Below, one piece after another: positions 9,274-18,217 of a DNA stretch of 64,000 bases. Where the stretch lies: contig JBMNJG010000016.1 of assembly GCA_050951545.1 (NCBI GenBank), forward strand, positions 64,001 through 128,000, written 5' to 3'. Source of the stretch: Limnochordia bacterium (GTDB lineage: Bacteria > Bacillota > Limnochordia > DTU080). The notes below the pieces were generated by a model, which saw only the letters and a list, made by a program, of their open reading frames with translations, searched no databases and had not been told where the DNA came from. A program made the translations under genes and the position numbers. How positions within the stretch are numbered: the stretch's first letter is position 1; every line of letters begins with the position of its first letter.

Positions 9274-10710
9274 CTACACCGCGTCCATTACCAGTTGACG
9301 CGCATCGGCCTCGAGACTGGCTAACGCTTCATGGCTAGGCGCTTCCAGGTAGATGCGTAGCAAGGGTTCTGTACCCGAAGCACGAACTAGCATCCAGCTA
9401 CCATCTGTGAAAACATACTTGGCTCCATCGAGGGTGATCACATCCGCCAAGAGGCGGCCTCCCACCGCTTGCGGTGGACGCTCCCGAAGCTGCGCTAGCA
9501 AAGGTGCCTTCTTCTCCTCCGGATAGCGCAGATCCACGCGCTTTGACGCGCATGGACCCACTCGCTGTGCCCAGGCCTGTAGGTACTCCCGGAGTGGTAA
9601 CCCCGTGACCGCCCGCACCTCAGCCACGAGCAAAGCGGCTAGCACCCCATCTTTCTCTGGAATGTGCCCCTGTATGCTCAGACCACCGCTCTCCTCGCCA
9701 CCAATGATCACAGGCTCTTTGCGCATCCAATCGCAGACATGCTTGAAGCCCACAGGGGTCTCATGCACCGTCAACCCGAAATGTGCTGCCAAGCGATCGA
9801 TGAGATGCGTCGTAGCCACTGTGCGTACGATTGATCCCTGTAGATGACGCGTCTCGACCAAGTAGGGTATCAGCAGGGCGATGACCTCGTTTGGTGATAG
9901 GTATGTACCATCGGAATCAATGATCCCGAATCGGTCAGCATCACCATCTGTGGCCAACCCGAGATGGACCTCGCCTACCCGTACCAGCTCGACAAGGTCC
10001 GACAGGTATTGCGCCTGAGGCTCCGGTGTGACACCTCCAAACAGGGGATCGCGCTTCACCCGCAAAGATATGACCTCTACCCCGGCTTCTCTGAGAATCT
10101 CCCCAACGCAGGTTCGGCCGGATCCGTGCATGGCATCATAGCCTACCTTGATGCCAGAGTGACCTATCGCCTCCAGATTGATCAACTGCCGCAGTGAAGC
10201 GAAATAACTAGGGCGTGGGTCAAGCGAATGCACGCTGGGCCCGTCTGCCAAGAGAGATCGTCTCAGACCCACCTCGCCGCTCATAACGCGGCTCAGATGG
10301 TGCTCGATGTCTGAAGTGATCTCAGGTGTCGCCGGTCCGGCATAAGCAGGGATGAACTTAATACCATTGTACTCAGGCGGGTTATGACTAGCCGTGAACA
10401 TGATCGCCCCTGCTGCGTCGAGCTGAAGCACAGCATGGGCAGCCACCGGAGTTGGCACATCCGTATCAGGTAACCACACATGAATACCATTACCCATCAT
10501 TACCTCTGCAGCTTCTTTCGCGAAACGTTCCGCCAAAAAGCGTGCATCGTGGGCAATCACTACTCCTTGCTTGTGTGCGCCCTCCTGTTGCAGATGCTCG
10601 GCGATCGCCTGACAGACTAGGCGAACATTGGAGAACGTGAAAGCATCACACATGATCGCTCTCCAACCGTCAGTGCCAAAACGGATCGTTGATGCTCCAA
10701 CCAAGCCCAT
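9274..10710 (-). CDS. Phosphoglucomutase/phosphomannomutase family protein
   Basis: FGTDGWR, TASHNP, DGDADR, GGEESGG, RASGTEP. Confidence 0.95.
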   Translation of the reverse strand: MGLVGASTIRFGTDGWRAIMCDAFTFSNVRLVCQAIAEHLQQEGAHKQGVVIAHDARFLAERFAKEAAEVMMGNGIHVWLPDTDVPTPVAAHAVLQLDAAGAIMFTASHNPPEYNGIKFIPAYAGPATPEITSDIEHHLSRVMSGEVGLRRSLLADGPSVHSLDPRPSYFASLRQLINLEAIGHSGIKVGYDAMHGSGRTCVGEILREAGVEVISLRVKRDPLFGGVTPEPQAQYLSDLVELVRVGEVHLGLATDGDADRFGIIDSDGTYLSPNEVIALLIPYLVETRHLQGSIVRTVATTHLIDRLAAHFGLTVHETPVGFKHVCDWMRKEPVIIGGEESGGLSIQGHIPEKDGVLAALLVAEVRAVTGLPLREYLQAWAQRVGPCASKRVDLRYPEEKKAPLLAQLRERPPQAVGGRLLADVITLDGAKYVFTDGSWMLVRASGTEPLLRIYLEAPSHEALASLEADARQLVMDAV

Positions 10711-10890
10711 CCCCTACCTTGTCTCGTTAGTCGACGCACATGCGCCTCTCGCCTACAGCTTCTCCCATTTCTACCCGTACCTTACTCACTTGCACTTACT
10801 TACCGTACCAACATGGGTTGGGAGGGATCTCCCATCGCAGGGACTGAGCGCCACCGCAGCGAAACGCAAAAGGAGTTAAGGGGGAGCCAC

Positions 10891-11799
10891 ATGCCCTGGA
10901 CTAGAATACCGTTTCTCTTCTTACTCATTTTCCTTCTGCTCGTGAACTGCCCTCAAAGCCCGCGTCGCCGCGGCCTTATTACCTACATGCCCGAACTGGA
11001 GTGCACCGACCAGAAGATCAACCCCAACGCTTCTTCAGTGCGATTGGTAACCTATAACATCCACCACGGGGCCGGCATTGACGAACGAGTAGACCTGGCA
11101 CGGGTGGCCTCCACGCTGACAGCCACTAACGCTGATATCATCTTTCTCACTGAAGTAGACTCCCACTGGCGTCGAAGTGGATACGCTGACCAAGCTGCCG
11201 AACTGGCCACAATGCTCAAACTGCCGTATATGGCCTTTGCACCAGCGGTTATGCGCCGCGAAGGCTCAGGGACCGCACTGTATGGGAACGCTTTGCTTAG
11301 CCGCTTCCCCATTGAATGGGCCGAACGCAAACCTCTCCCTACCAGCCCCCTGCAAGAGCCGCGAGTCGTCCTATCAGCTGTGGTACGCTTAGCGGACGAC
11401 ATCTCCCTGCGCATTGTTGGCACTCACCTCGGCCTGAGCCATGCCGACCGCCTCGCTCAGGCCGCTATTCTCAGGGAAATGGGGACGGCATACGAAACAG
11501 ACCTCCGGGTGCTGATGGGCGATCTCAATGCCGTTCCCGACTCACCCGAGCTACAGATACTGCTTGGCACTTCAGAGGAGGGTGACCACTCCCCCCGCTG
11601 GGCGGATCCTATGCAGGGCAGCAAGGCACCTGCCACTTTCCCGGCTTATGCGCCACGAAACCGCATCGACTTTATCCTCGTCCCTGAGAACCTAAGCGCT
11701 AAGGTGACTGTCTACACTAGCCCCTTCTCCGATGCTTCCGATCATCTTCCTGTGCTAGCTGAGCTGTCTTTGGCAGAAGGTGGCTCCCACCAGCAGTAG
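10891..11799 (+). CDS. Endonuclease/exonuclease/phosphatase family protein (exported)
   Basis: TYNIHHG, THL, MGDLNA, RIDFI, SDHLPV; GGGGAG RBS before ATG 10891. Confidence 0.88.
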   Translation: MPWTRIPFLFLLIFLLLVNCPQSPRRRGLITYMPELECTDQKINPNASSVRLVTYNIHHGAGIDERVDLARVASTLTATNADIIFLTEVDSHWRRSGYADQAAELATMLKLPYMAFAPAVMRREGSGTALYGNALLSRFPIEWAERKPLPTSPLQEPRVVLSAVVRLADDISLRIVGTHLGLSHADRLAQAAILREMGTAYETDLRVLMGDLNAVPDSPELQILLGTSEEGDHSPRWADPMQGSKAPATFPAYAPRNRIDFILVPENLSAKVTVYTSPFSDASDHLPVLAELSLAEGGSHQQ

Positions 11800-12918
11800 A
11801 CGCATGATCTGCTCAGCGGCATCCTCCAGAAATGTCGGGGAACCCTCGATCGCTTCCGCTAGTGTCATAGGGCGGCGCACGAGGCTAAAGACAGCGTCAA
11901 AACCATGGGCATGCAACTGCCGCGCATCGTCAGCCACAGAACCGGCCAACGCAATCACTGGTTTGCCGTACCTGACGGCCACCTCTGCCACCCCCGCAGG
12001 CGCCTTTCCAAAAGCAGTCTGGGAATCAATACCGCCTTCTCCAGTGATGACCAGATCGGCTGCGCTAACCAGGGCCTCTAGCCCCACCACGTCTACCACA
12101 ATGTCGACGCCTCGTTTCATGCGCGCTGGCAGAAAAGCCAAGAGCCCTGCACCCAGGCCACCAGCAGCACCTGCACCGTGAAGCTCGCCTACTGCCTTAC
12201 CCAGTTGAGCAAGGATCACATCCGCGTAATGGGCCAAAGCCGCATCAAGTTCAGCTACCATCTGGGGAGTGGCTCCTTTTTGCGGACCGTAGACGGCACT
12301 AGCCCCACTGGGCCCACACAGCGGGTTCGTGACATCACTGGCCACCACGATCTCCATGCTGGCCACAGTCGGATCCAGCCTTGAGGCATCGATGGTATGT
12401 AGGCGCGCCAGGGCGGCTCCTCCCGGAGGCAACTCCGCACCAGCGGCGTCCAACAACTGGATACCCACGGCCTGGGCCATACCTGCACCGCCGTCGTTCG
12501 TCGCGCTACCGCCTATGCCCACAATCGCCTTTGAGCAACCTCTGGCGGCCGCCGCTAGCAACAGTTCGCCCGTACCCCGTGTGGTGGTAACCCTGGGATC
12601 ACGCTTCTCGGGAGGGACGAGCACCAGACCAGAAGCCGAAGCCATCTCGATAACCGCGGTTCGCCTGTCACCGAGAATGCCAAAGAAAGCCTCTACGGGC
12701 TTACCTAACGGGCCAGTGACCGTCACGGCCACCTTCTCACCGTCAGTAGCATCCACAAGCGACTGTACAGTGCCTTCTCCGCCGTCTGCCATGGGCACCT
12801 CACTCAGTTGTGCCTGCGGCAGCACTCGACGGATGCCCGTCGCGATGTGTTTGGCCACCTCGCGAGCACTAAGGGATCCCTTAAACTTATCCGGAGCGAT
12901 TAGGATTCGCATGATCAC
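11755..12918 (-). CDS. glxK: Glycerate kinase (GlxK/GarK family)
   Basis: IAPDKFKGSL, MADGGEGT, GGSATNDGG, GAGAAGG, ITGEG. Confidence 0.95.
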   Translation of the reverse strand: MIMRILIAPDKFKGSLSAREVAKHIATGIRRVLPQAQLSEVPMADGGEGTVQSLVDATDGEKVAVTVTGPLGKPVEAFFGILGDRRTAVIEMASASGLVLVPPEKRDPRVTTTRGTGELLLAAAARGCSKAIVGIGGSATNDGGAGMAQAVGIQLLDAAGAELPPGGAALARLHTIDASRLDPTVASMEIVVASDVTNPLCGPSGASAVYGPQKGATPQMVAELDAALAHYADVILAQLGKAVGELHGAGAAGGLGAGLLAFLPARMKRGVDIVVDVVGLEALVSAADLVITGEGGIDSQTAFGKAPAGVAEVAVRYGKPVIALAGSVADDARQLHAHGFDAVFSLVRRPMTLAEAIEGSPTFLEDAAEQIMRLLLVGATFCQRQLS

Positions 12919-12984
12919 ACCCCACTAAAGGCGAATACATTGCTGTTGAGCTTCTCCGTCCCTCGGTGGATACCCTGCGCCCAC

Positions 12985-13009
12985 AAAAAAACCCCCGTGA
13001 AAGGGGGTT
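12985..13009 (-). terminator. Intrinsic terminator after the 44-aa ORF
   Basis: Minus strand AACCCCC-TTTCAC-GGGGGTT followed by a T run. Confidence 0.75.
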
Positions 13010-13041
13010 ATGCGAGTTACAGTATCTGATGGTATACAGGG

Positions 13042-13176
13042 TTACGCTTCCACGAACTCGACGACCTTGCCGGAAGCGAAAATAAGCTTAGCGATACGGT
13101 TCCCCTTCCAGATGATGCGCACGCCTTCCTGCGGCGAGACCGAGACCTTGCTCTTCTGCGCAACCTTGATGGCCAT
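13042..13176 (-). CDS. Small hypothetical protein (44 aa)
   Basis: Manual translation MAIKVAQKSKVSVSPQEGVRIIWKGNRIAKLIFASGKVVEFVEA*; GGGAG RBS, own promoter and terminator. Confidence 0.7.
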   Translation of the reverse strand: MAIKVAQKSKVSVSPQEGVRIIWKGNRIAKLIFASGKVVEFVEA

Positions 13177-13215
13177 GTACCCACTCCCTACCCGCACGGC
13201 TAAACCAACACTTGC

Positions 13216-13244
13216 ATTATACTTGCGTCAACGAGCTATCACAA
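13216..13244 (-). promoter_or_regulatory. sigma-A-type promoter for the 44-aa ORF
   Basis: TTGTGA-N17-TATAAT on the minus strand. Confidence 0.6.
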
Positions 13245-13526
13245 CCCAAAAACCCAGAAAGCACCTCTGCCAACAACACCCAGGGGTTGAAAGACACGAT
13301 CGTCACACGGCGAAAGGCCCGTCATACAAGAGTGTCATCGGCTTTGGCACCGCTGATTTGTGGAAGACGCACACGCGAAACGGCGAGCCCTATCCCTACT
13401 TCTGGCTCAGTGTGGTGGCACTCACCACTTGCTGCCTGACCGAGATCTCCAGCGCACATGCGTCATGTAAGCCTCAAGACCATCACAGGCAAGGAACGCA
13501 GGCAAACACTGATGCAGCTGATAACA

Positions 13527-13557
13527 GAAACGCCCGGAACGTATGTTCCGAGCGCTT
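13527..13557 (-). terminator. Terminator downstream of tRNA-Arg
   Basis: AAGCGCTCGGAAC-ATAC-GTTCCGGGCGTTT hairpin. Confidence 0.7.
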
Positions 13558-13563
13558 GCTACG

Positions 13564-13639
13564 TGGTGCGCCCAGCAGGACTCGAACCTGCGCACCCGGC
13601 TCCGGAGGCCGGTGCTCTAATCCGCTGAGCTATGGGCGC
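13564..13639 (-). tRNA. tRNA-Arg (CCG)
   Basis: 76-nt cloverleaf, anticodon arm CCGGC-CT-CCG-GA-GCCGG, GTTCGA T-loop, encoded CCA. Confidence 0.97.
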
Positions 13640-13912
13640 CTATCTTTACCTCCGCATTATAGCAGAGAGCCGGGCAGCCTGCAACCCAAACTCCGATGGC
13701 GAGTGCATACGGAAGTCGCGGTGAACGGGTGTTCTCACGGCTGCTACGCCGCCTTTCCACGCACCCAACAGATTCAGTTCGACTGTGACTGGGATTCCAA
13801 CTGCGCCCTTCCCACCTGCTAGCGTCTTCAACAATCGTGATCAGTTGGGTCGGGGTAGGGCCGCGCTAACCCGTCGTGGGTCGATGCCCAGGCTCGTCGT
13901 GGGCGGTACACA

Positions 13913-14236
13913 GGTCGGTTACATCGCCTGATTTGGCAAGAAACGGGCGATGCTCACTGGTTTCACTTCCGTCAGTCCCGGACCCGGGTGGTGAGTCGGG
14001 GCCCGGGGTCGGTTACATCGCCTGATTTGGCAAGAAACGGGCGATGCTCACTGGTTTCACTTCCGTCAGTCCCGGACCCGGGTGGTGAGTCGGGGCCCGG
14101 GGTCGGTTACATCGCCCGATTTGGCAAGAAGAGGGCGATCTCACTGGTTTCACTTCCGTCAGCCCCGGACCCGGGTGGTGAGTCGGGGCCCGGGGTCGGT
14201 TACATCGCCCGATTTGGCAAGAAGGGGGCGATGCTC
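13913..14236. repeat. Tandem array of about 3.4 copies of a 93-94 bp hairpin-containing unit
   Basis: GGTTACATCG recurs at 13917, 14011, 14105 and 14198; units differ at only a few positions. Confidence 0.95.
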
Positions 14237-14522
14237 CAGTCTCATCTTCGATCACAGGGAGGCCGACCAGGCGACGGGGCGGGTTCTGGGCAAGGCAAGA
14301 TGGCTATTGAGCGGAACATTGTGATTTCGAGGCGGTTACAGCCGGTAGTGGGGCGCCCGTTGGCGCACCACTGGTCTGCTATTGTCACGACTTGTGCCGA
14401 GGGCACCGGGCGAGGGCATAGGGGCACCTGCTCTAGCGAGCGGCAGCGAGAGGTTGCTGAAACCCCTACTGTGAAGGGGGACAGATGATTCGAGGCGATG
14501 GCGCACTCTTGGCCGTCGTTGG

Positions 14523-15626
14523 CTATTCGCTGGCGGCATCACTGGTGGGCGCCCAGCCACCCTTAGCCGTCTCGCGGTAGAAGCGGCTCCTCAGATCGAG
14601 GTACCTGAGGAGTTTCTTGTTAAGGTCGCTTCGCAACGGCAGCAGTTGGCCAGCCTTGAACTTCATGGTGAGCCAGGACAGGTCCTTGGCATGGATCACA
14701 ACCAACGTGACGTTGTTCTTCTCACACAATTCACGCTTGGTCTTGTCACGTTCCATCTGCTTAGCCACCACGTCAGCCGAGAACCGTTTGGTAGGGGTGT
14801 AGTGTTGTGGCCCGTTAAACTCAAAAGCCACCGCCTCGAGGCCATAGTGGCGGTCGAGCTCCAGTAACATGCCAGTAGCCGGGTTGACGAGAAAACGGGG
14901 AGACGCGTTGTCTTTGTGGTCATCGGAGTCGAAAATAGCCGATAGGTATTCCTGCATCAAGGCCTGTCCGAAGAACTCAGCCTCGTCGAGTCGCTGCTGC
15001 GCCGCTAGCAGTTCATCCATGTACCTGCGGGCGACCGGGTTGCAGAGGCTGAAGCAAATGGGAGCCTGCTTGTGCTCTTGCTGCATCTCCAGCCAGCCCA
15101 GCTTCGCCAGTTGTCGAGCAGCCCGCTTGACCGTCTTGGCGTCTAGACTCATCATCCGGGACACAGATGCATATGTGAACACGCCCTGCAAATTACGGTA
15201 ATCGGGCGTGGCCTGCAGTGCACCATAGACCACCTTGGCCTGAGCACTGACCTCCGTGGCGATGATCAGCTCAGTAGGCATAACCACCCTTGGCCCCGAC
15301 AGCTCTTTTGCTGGGGCCTGGTTGACGCCTGTGGGCAGATTGTACCAGCCCTCAGTGGTTAGCTTTGCCGTAGCCTTGCGGACGGTGGGTCGGGACAAAC
15401 CGGTACGAGCAGCCAAGCGAGTGGGCGACAGACGAGCTCGCTCCCCCAACTCAGCGTCGAGTGTGAGGGCCAGCCAAACTACCTTATCCGTCGCTCTTAA
15501 CTGGCTAGTGAGCAGCAACGAGATCGGCACGCGAACCTCTTCGATATCCAAGGGCGCCACCTCCAGCCAGAATGTCTGTTCGGTTCCCGAATAAATGTTC
15601 GACACACTCCGGTAGAGTTCCTCCAT
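14523..15626 (-). CDS. Tandem winged-helix protein with C-terminal Vsr/DUF559-like nuclease domain
   Basis: Two internal repeats ending TVRKATAKLTTEGW and TVKRAARQLAKLGW; C-terminal FLVNPATG..LELD..VAFEFNGPQHY..RDKTKRELC..VTLVVI; exact start uncertain. Confidence 0.75.
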   Translation of the reverse strand: MEELYRSVSNIYSGTEQTFWLEVAPLDIEEVRVPISLLLTSQLRATDKVVWLALTLDAELGERARLSPTRLAARTGLSRPTVRKATAKLTTEGWYNLPTGVNQAPAKELSGPRVVMPTELIIATEVSAQAKVVYGALQATPDYRNLQGVFTYASVSRMMSLDAKTVKRAARQLAKLGWLEMQQEHKQAPICFSLCNPVARRYMDELLAAQQRLDEAEFFGQALMQEYLSAIFDSDDHKDNASPRFLVNPATGMLLELDRHYGLEAVAFEFNGPQHYTPTKRFSADVVAKQMERDKTKRELCEKNNVTLVVIHAKDLSWLTMKFKAGQLLPLRSDLNKKLLRYLDLRSRFYRETAKGGWAPTSDAASE

Positions 15627-15704
15627 GAAAAGGTCGATTCAGACAAAACCAGAGGCGGCGTGCACCCAGCTCTTGAAAGCGAGGCGCGATGGCACGTTTT
15701 CCGG

Positions 15705-15830
15705 TCGTGATGGGGGCATCTGGGTAGAACAGTGCTAGCCCGCCGCGGTGACCAGTGCCGTCCTGCCAAAGCAGACCCGTGCACACACCGGTTACATCAC
15801 CCAATTCGGCAAGAGACGGCCGATGCTTAC
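15705..15830. repeat. Degenerate direct-repeat copy of the 13835-13960 region
   Basis: TCGTGAT..GGGTAG..GCTAGCCCG..GGTTACATCACCCAATTCGGCAAGAGACGGCCGATGCT is colinear with the copy preceding and starting the array. Confidence 0.75.
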
Positions 15831-15957
15831 CAGTTCGACCGCCCCAAGCGGATATCAACGTGCAATAACAGCGGGGAAAGAAAGAGGACCATGGCTATTT
15901 CGCCAAGGCCGCCGCTGTGCCCTCCAAAGCCAGGCCGAGTATCCCGTAACCCTCACG

Positions 15958-16641
15958 CTAGCGATTGTCTTCACGTGTCTGTACGAGAAGCCTACCTGAG
16001 CTGTCTATGAGCGCCAGCAACACATCGCGAGCCTCAATGAAACCCTCTTCTGCTAACCGAGTGCGAAGCCATGCCTCATCCAAGTTTATGGCTCGCAATG
16101 CGCCGTAATCGATTTCGCCATCAATCACTAAGGTATGCGTCGGCCCCTCATACTCCGTTCGCAGACCAAGATCCGCTGGCGTAAGTGTGCGCCGCTGCGA
16201 TTTTGGCAGGACGGATAGCTCACCATCACATTCGAGAATTGCCATCTCCACGTCCATGAGGTTGTGATACCCTCGCACCCGCAACTGCTCCATGAGCTCG
16301 GTAATACCGTACCGCAATCTACGCATCTCATGGTGCACCAATCGCCCATCGCGCACGATTATCGAGGGCTTACCCGAGATCAGATGACGCACGGTTCTGC
16401 TAGCAAGGCATAAGCGTGAGAGCCCGATCTCCAGAGCAACCAAAGTGACTATAGGAACCACACCCAACATTAGGGGTCTTTGGGGATCTTCAATAGGTAT
16501 GGCTGCAGCTTCGGCCATGATAATGGCCACGACCAGATCCAGCGGACCCAGAGAGCCCAATCCTCGCTTCCCCATGGTCCGCAGTGTGATGAGCAGAAAG
16601 AAATAGAAGAAAACCGTACGGAGACAGGACGTAAGCAACAT
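15958..16641 (-). CDS. DUF421 (YetF-like) membrane protein
   Basis: LRTMGKR..L...DLVV, GKPSIIVRDG, AILECDGELSV, LVIDGEI. Confidence 0.9.
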   Translation of the reverse strand: MLLTSCLRTVFFYFFLLITLRTMGKRGLGSLGPLDLVVAIIMAEAAAIPIEDPQRPLMLGVVPIVTLVALEIGLSRLCLASRTVRHLISGKPSIIVRDGRLVHHEMRRLRYGITELMEQLRVRGYHNLMDVEMAILECDGELSVLPKSQRRTLTPADLGLRTEYEGPTHTLVIDGEIDYGALRAINLDEAWLRTRLAEEGFIEARDVLLALIDSSGRLLVQTREDNR

Positions 16642-16829
16642 GGAGTGACCCCCGTGAAACTGGTCCGATACAGGGTACCCGAAGCAAGCGACCTTCATTC
16701 GTTTGCCTTTCCCAGTTCCCCTACAGCGCTTGAGATTGACATGTGACAGACATATGAGTATCTTTATTGTGTTAATCACTATTCTAGCGTATACTTAAGG
16801 GGCAGCAAATAGAGAAGGAGGGCGAAATC

Positions 16830-18074
16830 ATGAAGAAGATTGCTGCCATCATCCTGATCACCGCTGCAGTGATGACTTTGACGTCGGTAACCGCCCGTTT
16901 GGAGAAGGCCCAGCTTACGCTCAGCTGGTGCTGCGGTCAAGAGGCCCGTCGAACCATTCTTGAAGAGACTATCGCTGATTACATGGCCACACATCCAGAC
17001 GTACAGATTGATGTCATCAATCCGGCTGGCTACTCCACCGTAATGAAGACCTGGGTCGTCAGTGGCAATGCCCCTGACATCATGTGGTACGGTGTGAACT
17101 GGCCAGCCCTTATGGATTTTGTGATGCCAGTGGATGAAATGCTGGCCAAGACTCGCCTCGATCAGAGCATCCATCCTGGTCTACTGAAACTCCTGCAATG
17201 GGAGGGGCGCACCTGGGGAGTGCCCTACGGTGCAGGAGCTCACGTGATGTACTACAATAAGGACCTTTTCGACCGCGCCGGACTACACTACCCGGGTGCC
17301 GACTGGACGTGGGACGAAGCGATTTCCATGGCCAGGAAACTAACCGTGGACAGTGACGGCGATGGCCAACCCGATCAGTGGGGGCTGAACCTCGACGCAG
17401 AGTATCAGATCCATGGCCTCTTGTACGGTGGCGACTTCTATGCATCCGACAAACGCCAAGCACGCTTCGATAACCCCGTCACCGCTAAGGCAGTACAGCT
17501 CTATGCCGAGATGAAAGCGGGCATTGAGCGAGTATGGGGCGGCAAGTTCGCCGACGGAAATGTAGCCATGGCCTCCGACGGAGCCTTCACCTTAGAGGTG
17601 GCTCGCAAGTACCTGTTCGATTGGGACCTTACCAATCTGCCCCAGCTGATTGTGGACGACAAGAGTTACCGCTCGAATTTCATGGGCCCGGAGTCATGGC
17701 TGATCTCCAAAACCGCAAAACACCCTGCTATCGCCCTGGAGATCGTGGCGCTGTTGCTCAGCGAGGAGGTCATGGGCAAGTGGGGTCGCTCTGGTACCTC
17801 CATCCCCTCACAGCCACGTATAGCCCTCAAGCACTTCGTGAGCACCGCCACGCGCGGCGAAAACATGGCAGCCTTTGTGCAAGCACTGGATTACGGCTAC
17901 GTTCAGCATCAAACGCATCCCATCGGCCTCGAAATCCAGGGGTGGATGTATGCCCAGCAACCCTGGAAGGATATGTGGGCGGCCCAAACACCTGCATCCA
18001 ATGCCCTGCCGGAGCTTGAGAAAGGCGTTAACGTCATGCTCGATGAGTACTGGTCCCGAAAGGGGGCAAAATAG
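16830..18074 (+). CDS. Carbohydrate ABC transporter substrate-binding protein
   Basis: Signal peptide, PDI, YYNKDLFDRAGL..P...WTWDE; AAGGAGG RBS. Confidence 0.9.
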   Translation: MKKIAAIILITAAVMTLTSVTARLEKAQLTLSWCCGQEARRTILEETIADYMATHPDVQIDVINPAGYSTVMKTWVVSGNAPDIMWYGVNWPALMDFVMPVDEMLAKTRLDQSIHPGLLKLLQWEGRTWGVPYGAGAHVMYYNKDLFDRAGLHYPGADWTWDEAISMARKLTVDSDGDGQPDQWGLNLDAEYQIHGLLYGGDFYASDKRQARFDNPVTAKAVQLYAEMKAGIERVWGGKFADGNVAMASDGAFTLEVARKYLFDWDLTNLPQLIVDDKSYRSNFMGPESWLISKTAKHPAIALEIVALLLSEEVMGKWGRSGTSIPSQPRIALKHFVSTATRGENMAAFVQALDYGYVQHQTHPIGLEIQGWMYAQQPWKDMWAAQTPASNALPELEKGVNVMLDEYWSRKGAK

Positions 18075-18089
18075 CACGGTGATCGCTAT

Positions 18090-18120
18090 CTTAGGGTGAC
18101 AGTCCGGCTGTCACCCTAAG
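18090..18120. terminator. Strong hairpin after the SBP gene
   Basis: CTTAGGGTGACAG-TCCGG-CTGTCACCCTAAG perfect 13-bp stem, no long T tract. Confidence 0.6.
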
Positions 18121-18217
18121 CGATGACTTTGTCGTTGTCCGGCGACACACAGCATATTCGCCTCTTGATTTTGCGGACGCGGTCGGCTATACTTGCTATG
18201 CTTGACAGAATGCGTGG

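Noticed and set aside
10770-10812. CTTAC/GTACC short repeats in a divergent promoter region
   Set aside because: Low complexity and irregular spacing; cannot be supported as an operator.
13010-13822. 270-aa + strand ORF
   Set aside because: Runs antisense across tRNA-Arg and the 44-aa gene; no protein-like motifs.
13913-14236. CRISPR array interpretation of the tandem repeat
   Set aside because: The whole 94-bp unit is repeated, with no unique spacers and no cas genes in the window.
13988-14488. ORFs 13988-14488, 14013-14255 and 14082-14324
   Set aside because: Products of the GC-rich repeat; the period of 94 shifts frame each unit and there is no convincing RBS.
13640-15850. Classical tRNA-integrated genomic island
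   Set aside because: The locus lies 5' of tRNA-Arg; no integrase and no duplicated tRNA 3' end were seen.
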